A stretch of 64,000 nt of DNA from the NCBI GenBank assembly GCA_964019335.1, contig OZ025687.1, positions 372,001-436,000 of the forward strand, written 5' to 3'. Positions 54,581 through 64,000 of this stretch are shown here, in pieces. Numbering within the stretch: position 1 is the stretch's first letter; every line of letters begins with the position of its first letter. The stretch comes from Diplonema japonicum (lineage: Eukaryota; Protista; Euglenozoa: Diplonemea). Below the pieces are notes generated by a model. It had not been told where the DNA came from, searched no databases, and saw only the letters and a program-made list of their open reading frames with translations. The translations under genes were made by a program, and so were the position numbers.

Positions 54581-56365
54581 ATGTACGGGGGTGGCATTGG
54601 AGATGAAGGAGATGTTGATTATGAGGACGAGCAGGTAACATGGATGAAAAAAAAAAAAAAAAAAAAAAAAGGATTTCGGGTACGACGAGTACGCCATGGA
54701 TGATTCTTTAGACGCAATAACAAGGCTTGAAAGGTACCACACAAGCGATTTTTCGCTCCAACGGCTGGTTCTGGTTAGGTAAGAAACCCCTTCCTCCCCC
54801 CTCAAACAAACAAAGGGAACTATCGGACACCGCCATGGAGGCTGGCTACAACGTGACACTGCAGAGAATGCTGCCCCTGCTGTCGAACTTCGTCGCCGAT
54901 TCAGAGCCAAGCGTGAGACAGACGTTCGTGGAACAGTTGTGGCCGCTGGCCCAGTTTTTGATAGAGGGCGGCGAACCCGGCTATGCGGTATGATTTACAA
55001 AAAAAAAAAAAAAAAAAAAAATCTTTTTTTTTTTTAAAAGGAACTAACAAACACTTTTCTTCCCTTCACATTCGAGTTGCTTGTCGACAAGAATGTACAA
55101 GTGGGCATATCTGCCGTGAACACACTGACCAAACTGGTAGAGCTTGTAAGGGACGAACAGGTCGAGCCGCAATTGTTGAACGTTGTTGTGACTCTCGCGC
55201 ACGATGAACGTGCGGAAGACTACCGCATCGTTGCAGCCCAGCTCTTCAACGATCTCGCACCACGTTTCGGCGAGCAGAGATGCCTCAACACCGTCATCAA
55301 GGAGGTGGAACACCTCTCCACCGACACCTCCTTCTCCGTACGCAGAACCGTTGCAGGCAACCTCGGAAAGCTCATGGAAGTCATCGGCCTGCAAGCCTCT
55401 GTTGAGAAGCTCCTTCCCATATACCTCACCCTCTGCAAGGACGATATTTGGGGCGTCCGAAAGGCTTGTGTCGAACACATCTGCGACATATCAAAAGGTA
55501 TCACACGGGAAGTTAGAAAGTCCACGCTCGTTGAAATGTTTCAGAAGCTTGTGGAGGACCCTTCCAGGTGGGTTAAGGTTGGGCTGTATCAAAGCCTTGG
55601 AGGGTTCATCCACACATTGGATCAAGAGGATATCCCTACCGATCTCGTGAAACTCTTCGCAAGAATGGCACCGCAGGACGGTGCAGAATGTGACTATAGC
55701 GAATACTGCGCTTACTCCTTCCCGGCGGTAGTGGCAGCAGTAGGCAAAGACAGGTGGAATGAGCTGGAAGACGCATACGTCAGCTTGGTAAAGGACGTGG
55801 AATGGAAGGTGAGACGTACCCTGTCATATTCCCTGCATGAAATCGGAAGAGTAGTCGGGCCTGACATCTCGGAGAGAATTTTAACACAGGCATTCGATTT
55901 GTTCCTGCACGACCTTGACGAGGTGAAAATAGGTTGCGTTACACACGCTGCTGAGTTCATGGCATGCTTGTCTGACTCGGCTATTCAAAAGCACCTTCAT
56001 TCCATCTCAGCGCTCCCTCAGGAAACGGAAAATTGGAGACTCCGCGAGCTCATCGCGCAAAACCTCGGACGACTCGCAGAATTGGTCTCACCGAAGGTCT
56101 GTAAAGACCTGTTGCAAGCCCCGACAATTAGGCTTGCTGAAGATCAGGTTGCCGATGTTCGGCTTGCTGCGTACCCTTCTTTCGGGAAGGTGTTGAAGAA
56201 ACTCTCTGAGGGCGAGAAAAACGAGCAAGACGAGCTGCACACGTGGCTGTTCAACCTCCTGCCGAAAACACCGGACGACGAAACAAAATCCCACTTCCAA
56301 CGAAGGCAAATGTTTGTTCAGATTGCTGGGTACTGTGTTCTCGAGGGGGTCATGCCAGATTTGGT

Positions 56366-56400
<35 letters not shown>

Positions 56401-56588
56401 AGTTCCTCGAAGAATTCGAAAAATTAACATCTGACAAGGTTCCCAATGTTAGGCTTGTGTTGGCGAAGGTGATGACCGAACATGTTTTACAGAAAGACAG
56501 CCTGAAGGACAACACGAAGGTAGGATCGATCAAGACAAAGTTGAAGGATGACAACGATAAAGATGTTCAGTACTACAATTGCGAGTGA
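54581..56588 (+). CDS. PPP4R1: Protein phosphatase 4 regulatory subunit 1-like HEAT-repeat protein (613 aa, 5 exons)
   Basis: ITRLERY..QRLVLVR, DSEPSVR, DDIWGVRKAC, DPSRWV, CAYSFPAV, WKVRRTLSYSLHEI, NWRLR, DKVPNVR. Introns 54635-54671, 54779-54815, 54988-55040 and 56364-56402 give a 1842-nt frame. Confidence 0.88.
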
Positions 56589-57359
56589 AAACAAAAGGGG
56601 GGGGGGGGGGGGGTGGGGATGAAACCGCTATTTCTATGGCCTGGGAGAATCAAAAAAAAAAATGTGAATAGCCCAAAAAGGGGGGAGAGAAGAAGAAAAA
56701 AAAAAGTGTGTTTTCCTTCCTTTCTTTTTTTTTTATATTTCCCTGTCCCTTCCTCTTGCCCGCGAATATATTTTTTTCCCCCCTCTCCCCTCCCATTCCC
56801 CTGTTTTAAAACGCCTGCTTTGAGAAGAAGGAGAAAAGAGAAGAACAAAACCCTGGTGGGTTACTATGCGCTTGTTGCTGTTGGGAGGGAAGGGAAGAAG
56901 AAAGCAGTATAAATTAGCAAAAGGATAAGTTAGAGATATACATTCGAATTGAAAACCGTATTGAAATAGATGCCCTTTTTTTTCATTCTCTTTCTTCCCC
57001 CTTCCCCTAAAAATTTTTGAAGAAAAAAAAGGGGGGGGGTGTCCATAATTTATATTTTTAGAAAGCCGAAGGACTAAGCTGGTGAGCGCGAAAACGCAAA
57101 AACCAAAAAAAAAAAAAAAAAAAAAAAAATCCAGTTTTTTTTTTTTTTTATTCTTTTCGCTTTTTTTCCCCCCATACCCCCCCGCCTCACCTCCCTCCAA
57201 AGGAAAAAAAAAAAAAAAAAACCATACCTCCACCTACGACTCTTTCAACCTGCCCCCAAAATTTTCTTTTTTTTTTATACTTTTTTCCTTCCAAGATTTT
57301 GTGGGCGGGCAAGAGAGAAAAAAAAAAGAAGGCGAAATAAAAAAAAAAAAAAAAAAAAA

Positions 57360-58487
57360 ATGGTCTTCGGTGAATACAAGCTGCGAAAAGAAATGGAAGG
57401 CCTCAGATTGGGGGGCAACACCGGATACAAAGGGATTTTCATGCGCCACATTTCGCTCCAGGAAGACATGCTGTGGCTGATAGGGTCCGAGGAAGGCCTA
57501 AGGCTGGCGGACGCAGTTATCCAAAATGGTGAAACACCGCACCATGTACACAAGTCAGTAGTGTGGAACAGACTCGGGTGTGGCGGCGACCAGTCTACAA
57601 AAATCATTCTCCGAAAAAATGTTTCCGACATAGCGATGAAGATGTTCCTGTGTTTTTTGTACACCGGGAAAATCGGAAAGCCGTATCTAACAGAATCGCA
57701 GGCAGAAGAACTAACCGGGCTAGCTGACGAGCTCAACTTCGAACCCCTAAAAGCCCCCGAAACAAACTCATTCAAAACCCTCACCAGCACCATTTCCAAC
57801 ATGATTTCCATCGACGAAAAAAACAAGAACACCCACTATGACATCAAGATCAAAAGCCTGGAAACTGGCGAGACCATCCACGCTTCAAAAGCCTTATTAT
57901 CCGCAAGATGCGGTTTTTTTGAAGAGGCATTCCAACCTGGAAAATGGCAGCAAGATGACACCATAGACCTTGACATCAAAGGGTCTGTTTTGAATGACTT
58001 CGCAACTTTTATAGGAATGGGCACTTTATCCTTCATAGGTGAAGACCTTGAGAGGGCCTACGGTCTCGCAGAATGCGCAGCATTTCTTGATTTTGAACCC
58101 CTGCGAACTGCCTCCGAAAAGTACATATCTCACAGATTGACTGTTGAAAACGCCTGTGTCCTGTGGAACGTGATACAGGATTTGAACGCAAGTATCGCTC
58201 ACGAGACGGCTCTGTCCTTTATTGTCTTGAATTTCGCTGCTGTTTCAAACACACCCAGTTTTCCTCTTCTGCGCAAGGAGCTTCTCAAAGAGGCGTTGAG
58301 CCAGGGTGACATCACTTCCCCAACACCCACAGTTGTTTCGTGTATTAAAATGTGGGTGTCAAAGCAGGAGGGGAACACGGAACGGCTTCTGGAGGAGCTC
58401 ATGCCTCCGAACACACTGCTGAACCAAGACACCAAAGCTGTTATGATGGGAACCAAGAGACGGGAACCCCGGTTCATCGGATTTTGA
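57360..58487 (+). CDS. Tandem BTB/POZ plus BACK domain protein
   Basis: ADAVIQ..HVHKSVVWNR..FLCFLYTG, YDIKI..HASKALLSARCGFF, LTVENAC, FIVLNF. Confidence 0.82.
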   Translation: MVFGEYKLRKEMEGLRLGGNTGYKGIFMRHISLQEDMLWLIGSEEGLRLADAVIQNGETPHHVHKSVVWNRLGCGGDQSTKIILRKNVSDIAMKMFLCFLYTGKIGKPYLTESQAEELTGLADELNFEPLKAPETNSFKTLTSTISNMISIDEKNKNTHYDIKIKSLETGETIHASKALLSARCGFFEEAFQPGKWQQDDTIDLDIKGSVLNDFATFIGMGTLSFIGEDLERAYGLAECAAFLDFEPLRTASEKYISHRLTVENACVLWNVIQDLNASIAHETALSFIVLNFAAVSNTPSFPLLRKELLKEALSQGDITSPTPTVVSCIKMWVSKQEGNTERLLEELMPPNTLLNQDTKAVMMGTKRREPRFIGF

Positions 58488-58764
58488 CAGTTTTTTACTG
58501 TAAAAAAAATAAAAATAAAAATACTCGCCTTTTTTTTTTTTTGGATTCTCTTCGTTTTATTTTCTCTTCTAGCCTTTCTTAAGGTCGGGGTTTTATTTAT
58601 TTTTTTTTTCTCCCCCACCTTTTTTTTTTTTTTTTTTTTTTTTTCGTGTTTTTCTTTTTCTTTTTTTTTTCAAAATATCTTCATATTGAAACAGGAGGGG
58701 AAAGAGAGAGGGGAACAACAAAAAAAAAAAAGGGAAAAAAAAAAAAGAAAAAAAAAAAAAAAAA

Positions 58765-59019
58765 ATGACCACGCTACCGAGTGCTGAGAAATTGATCAAG
58801 CTGTTCGAAAATTTCGACGACGGGAACACTGGCAAACTTCCCTCGGATGTCATGAGGTGTATCTTGCAGGAGGCTGGAGACAAGTTCAAAGACGACGAGT
58901 GGCAGACACTAAAGGACGATTTGGATAGAGATGGCATGTGTGATTACAAGTGGTACGTAGAAACTATCCTCTGCAACAGTGAAGGTATCGGTAATTACAA
59001 CAACTGGCTCAAACAGTAG
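58765..59019 (+). CDS. Small two-EF-hand protein (calmodulin/myosin light chain C-lobe-like), 84 aa
   Basis: LIKLFENFDDGNTGKL..ILQEAGDKFKDDEW..DRDGMCDYKWYV; ATG follows an A-run. Confidence 0.8.
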   Translation: MTTLPSAEKLIKLFENFDDGNTGKLPSDVMRCILQEAGDKFKDDEWQTLKDDLDRDGMCDYKWYVETILCNSEGIGNYNNWLKQ

Positions 59020-59399
59020 AAGTCTCCCTCTCACCCTTGTTTTTTTTTTTTTTTTTTTTTCCACCCTTAAATGCGGTGATGTTTTCTGTTTGTAGTATCT
59101 CCCCCCACCCCCCCCCTCCCCCCTCCATCCCCCCGCCCCTGAAAAAAAAAAGTGTTGCCTTCTTTTTTTTTCTTTTCCACCCCCCCCTTCCTTTTTTTTG
59201 TATAAAAAAAGATTTTCTCAACAAAATAAAAAAAAAGATTATATAGTGAGCGAAGGATGGGGAAGGGGGGGGAAAAAATTGTTGTTCTCATTCCCCCCCC
59301 CCCCAGCATTTCAGCAAAAAAAATCTTTTTTAAAGGGGCAGTGGGAGGGGCTTTTTTTTTTTTCTCTCCACAAAAAAAAAAAGAAAAATTATTAAAAAA

Positions 59400-61528
59400 A
59401 TGGAAAACGAAAGCGAAGATGTAGAGCTAGATTTCTCAGAATTAACGGCGTTGAACGGGGAGGAAGGCGGGCTGTGTCTGGCCAGCGGGCTTTTGGACGA
59501 ACTTGAAGACGACGGCAAAGCAGGAGGCGGTGGAAGCCGAACAGTTCCCACCACCCCCTACGGAGCCGGGAAAACATTCCAGTACATAGCACCTCTCGCA
59601 ACATCTCCTGAAGAAACAATAGATTTCGCAGGGTTCAGACGCGCCTTAGAGCAAAGAGTCGGAGCAAGGCACGCAAACCCAATCCCCACACCTCCACAAC
59701 CAGCTCAACTGGCAGTGCCATTTATAACATGCTCTTTAAATGGAATTTCCATAATACAGTTGACGCTTCCGTCGGTCGAACACACGGCAGCAAGTGTAAC
59801 AAGCATTGTGAAGCCAATGTCGATGGCAAACCCAAGAAAAATGCCCGAGGGGAAGTATTTTTTACAAACGGTGGTGGTCTTGCCGTCTATCTTCCTGTCG
59901 AGCAAGCTATCATGGGTGGTGGTTCTGAAGCTTGCGAATTCCAATTCCGAAAAACTAATCGATATCGGGACCATTTCTAAGGAGAACAGCGATGTATTCC
60001 TCGAGACTGAGCTTGACTTTGAGCCAGAAACAGCAATCCTCACCGCCACCCACAACGCTGTCATCGGCCAGAAAAAACTCGATCCAGAAGTAGAAAGTTT
60101 CATCGACGAAATCAAGGATATCTTCTATTCTGCTACCGTGAACCCTCGGGGTGGGTCCCTGCAGCTCAGCACGGTGTCGGACCACATCAAAACGAATTGT
60201 TCAACACAATATCACAAACTTGTTGAGATTGGTTACAAGGGGGATTTTCAAGCTATGATTCTGGACCATCCCGATACATTCCTTGTTTTTCAATTCAGCG
60301 ATAAAGAAATTGAAAGTCGTGGCCTTGACCAAGGATCTGCCAAGGAAGTACGGGTGGCACTCACCCTCCACGAGAAACAGGGTTGCAAAGCCGTTAACAC
60401 GCAGAAAGAATCTAATCAAAGAGAAACCGAGAAACAGCTTATCTCCAAACTAGAAGAGATCCTCCACGACCGCGACTATGACCAACGGGAGCTTCTCGAC
60501 ATTGTCGCTCGCGACCCGAAACTTTTGTTCTTTCTCTCACCGTCATTCTCTACCTTGATGAGGTTTTTGAGCAAGCACAGGGATATTTTCGCGTGGACCA
60601 CGCATCCTGACAAACCGACGTCGATAGGTTTGGTGGGCATGTTGAAAGCGGAAACAAAGCCAATAAGGGAGCGTGTCGAAAAGGAAAAAGAGAAGGAAAA
60701 GGAAAAAGAAGACCAACCTCTTCAACAAACCTCCGGAAAGAAGAAAAAGAAGAAGAAGAATAAAGCCAATTCAAACAATGTCCCTGTTGTTACCACTGCG
60801 CACCCCGTACCAGCGCCTGTGGAGCCGTCCTCATCGGCTGAGGTTTTGGACTCTGTTCCCAAGTTGCCGCCGCACCCTACAACAAGCATTGTGAAACAGG
60901 TACCGCTACCTACGCAACAGCAAAAAGTAGTTCAGCAAGTCCAGCAGCCTCAGCATCCTGTTCACCAAATGCAGCAAGCGGTTAACATGCAACAATTGCA
61001 ACAGGAAGCTGCTAAACAACAGCAACAACAGCAACAAGTGCACCTTCAACAGAATGCAATGGGTTTGCAGGTTGCACAGACAGCAGCTGCGAATGTTCAA
61101 GCGGGCGTGCAACAAATTTCCTATCAACCGCAGTTGCAACAGCAGCAGATAGTTCTTACCACGACAGGTGCCTACCAGCAAGCGGGGCCTTACCAGCAGT
61201 ACTCCCAGCAGCAGTATCCTGTTCATTATGACGTGGTGTGTGATTTTTTTTTATTTTTATTTTTATTTTATTTTTTTTTTTTTTACAGGGTTCTGGCACT
61301 ACAATTGCGTACCCTTACAGCGAGATTCGCACCTTGCCGTTGTCGCCGACCGTGCAGCCCACCACTTGCCTCCCTCAACAAGCGGGCATTCAAAACTACG
61401 TAATGACCAGTTCCCCCCCATCCATCCTGTCCCCAAATTGCCAGTTTAGAACTGTTCAGCAGTTGCCAACTGGAATCCTTCAGGGAATGAATGGTATCGG
61501 ACAGTCAAGTCCTGCGAACCAGGGTTAA
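59400..61528 (+). CDS. Hypothetical protein with two LOTUS/OST-HTH-like motifs and Q-rich low-complexity tail (691 aa)
   Basis: Long ORF; intron 61236-61288 gives an in-frame last exon ending PANQG*. Motifs GYKGDFQAMILDHPDTF and FSTLMRFLSKHRDIF. Confidence 0.75.
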
Positions 61529-62122
61529 AAAATCTTTTTTAAAAAAATGGGGAGGGGGGGGGGGGGATACTAATTGGAAATTCAAAGAATGATGACATAC
61601 TATATGAAACAGGAATCTATAAAAAAAAGGGGGGGGGGAGAGAGAGAGAGAGAACATGGTTTACCAAATCTCATTCACAAATACTCGCACATATGTTTTT
61701 TTTTTTTATACTGTTTTCGATCTTTTTTTTTCTTCTTTTCCGTTATATTTTCTTTTTTTTTTTTTTTTTGCCTGTCTTTTTTTTTTTTTTTGTTTTTTCT
61801 TTTTCTTCTTCGATATCTGGCCCTTCCCAGTTTTTTTTTGTTGCAAAGAAGAAAAGGGGTGGAGATACATTTTTTTTCTTCTTTTTTTTTCTTTTCTTTT
61901 CTTCTTCTTCTTCCCCCCCCCCCCCCCCCCCACTCTTTCATGCCATTTCATTTTTATATAGCCAGCAAAAAAAAAGAAGAAAAAAGAAGAAACAAAAAAA
62001 AAAAAAGAAAAATGTTGAGCAAGCATTATTGTGTGTCATAATTTTTAAACGAAAAAATCTTTGAATTTTTTTTCTTGATGAAAATTTTTCGTTTACCAGT
62101 AGTATACCATGTTTTTAATGTT

Positions 62123-62277
62123 TGTCACATACTGCAGGTTCCCTTCAAAGACATCTTTTAAAACTGTAGAAATGAAAATATTGCGCGAACTGGCAAAAAT
62201 TAGTTTGAGTTTCTTTTTCCCCCAGACGTCCAGTATTTTTGTCAGTCTGGGATATTTGCCAGTCCGCTATTTTTCAT
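62123..62277. repeat. 37-bp dispersed repeat copy 2 followed by an imperfect hairpin
   Basis: Repeat at 62123-62159. ATGAAAATA..GCGAACTGGCAAA..CCCAGAC pairs with GTCTGGG..TTTGCCAGTCCGC..TATTTTTCAT (62172-62277). Confidence 0.6.
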
Positions 62278-63510
62278 GATTCAGTAATTTAAATGTGGTA
62301 ATTACTTTTATAATCGGTTTGTGCACAAGAAAAAAAAAAAGAAAAAAAAAACTTGCTAATATTTTTTCTTTTCTCTCTCTTTGCACCCATCACTTCACCT
62401 CAAAGGGAAAGATAATTGTATATTACAGGGAGAAATGTTCCTTTCTCCACCATTTTTTCTTCTTTTTTTTTTCTTTTTTTTTTTCCTTTCTTTTTTTTTT
62501 TTCCGCCTTGCCCCTACACAAATAAATAAAGGGTACGCGAGGATTTAACAAAAAAGATAATCTTCTTTTTCTTTCTTTCTTCCCCCTCCCCCTTTTTTTT
62601 TTATCCACCGAGATCAATAACTTAATGGGTATACAGGGCCAGAAGTCCTTTCAAGAAAAAAAATTTTTTTTTTATATTAGCAAGAAAAAAAAAAAGAAAA
62701 AAAAAGGAGGGATGAGAAACAAACAACACCAACAAAATATCTTCCCAGTCTCCCCCGGTTTGCGATTTTTTTTTTTTCTTACTTCGATTCAACAGAGCAA
62801 AGTGCTCTCCACATGAAATCGAAGGTTTTTGACCCCCCTTTTTTTTCATTCAAAAAAAAAAATTCTCAACGCATTTAAAAGAAAAAAAAAAAAGAAAAGG
62901 CTTTCATACCGCACTTGGGCTTAATAATTATTTTCATATTCAGGTCCAAATACGGCACCTGGTTTGCGATTATTATGTAATTGTGAAGCCAACTTGAGGA
63001 TTGGATATCGAACTTGATGATGGGCTGGCTTGGATAATTTTTTTTAATTTCTTTGTATATGTCCCAGGCTGCAGTGCATAATAATCTCAAATTCGGGTAA
63101 TTTAAAAAAAAAATGGTACCCTTCAGATAGACACCCACTGTACACTGCAAAAAAAAAGGGGGGGCAGAGAGAGCCAAGGACGCAATGCATTGGGTCCAGA
63201 AATACCCCCACCCCCCCTTTTTTTTTCCTTTTTTTCCTTCTCTCTTTTACTTGCAAGTATATATTGCTTGTATAGTTGCAAATAACTCTCAGCATCCGAA
63301 GAAAATTCGAAAAAAACGTGGCAACGGGTTGCAAAATACCCCCCTTTATAATAACGACGATAGCATTTATTATTGTCGGGGGAAAAAAAAGAGGAAAAAA
63401 AAAAAGAGAAAAAAAGAAAAAGAAAAAAAAGCACATATAAGACTACCGTTGGAGCAGCAATACGTTTGACAAGCGCTAATGAAAAAAAAAAATTTTTTTT
63501 TTGTTTATCG

Positions 63511-63845
63511 CTTCATATCCGCTAAGTGACCCGGCCTATGTCCAAATTGGGTCATACTGAATTTCTTTTAGAGCAAAGGTTCACTGATTTTTTTTTTTTT
63601 TTTTTTATGTTTCCCCAAAAAAGAAATCCATATGCAATCTGTATTTTTCCAAAAAAAAAAAAAAAAAAAAAAAATCTTGGGGGCTAACCATTTTTTACCT
63701 CAGAAGTCGCCACTTGGGCTTGGCCATTTTTGGCTGGGCTCTGTCCAACAACGAGAAGCTCGGAAGGCAAGAAATACATCCTTGGTGAAACCATTTTAGC
63801 CCCTCAAATTGCGGGCTGTGATTGGGTCACTTAGCGGATATGAAG
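63511..63845. mobile_element. MITE with perfect 22-bp TIRs (possibly piggyBac-like ends)
   Basis: CTTCATATCCGCTAAGTGACCC (63511-63532) / GGGTCACTTAGCGGATATGAAG (63824-63845). AT-rich flanks; the right end extends to GGG. Confidence 0.8.
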
Positions 63846-64000
63846 GGTATATAATTTTCAAGGGCGCCGCCAACACCGGCCTCCTTTAACTCATATATAT
63901 AATTTTGCAATCATAGCTATTGTTGGAGTATGGGGATATTAAATTAAAAAAAAGAAGAGTGAATTGGAAAAAAAAAAAAAGTGGGAGAGGAGGGAAGGGA

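Overview
Gene-dense eukaryotic (protist) DNA whose intergenic spacers are dominated by A, T, G and C homopolymers. About 22 host genes form two divergent directional clusters: 8 genes on the - strand (4170-19970) and 14 on the + strand (24286-61528). The strand-switch region between them holds an intact Sola-like DNA transposon, a MITE and a 200-N gap. Co-oriented clusters, trypanosomatid-type adenylate cyclase domains and frequent cis-introns point to a euglenozoan, possibly a diplonemid (inference only). Reading across frame breaks by hand gives 22 tiny GT-AG introns of 37-75 nt with an apparent floor at 37 nt. About two thirds of them have a sense-strand poly(A)/purine tract instead of a polypyrimidine tract, and most start codons directly follow A-runs. 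Notable proteins: a secreted catalase with the distal catalytic Asn replaced by Leu, a soluble five-domain adenylate cyclase, a secreted protein of 23 WSC domains and a five-RRM protein. Several MITE/foldback elements are also present. Most short ORFs in the supplied track are homopolymer artefacts or antisense shadows.
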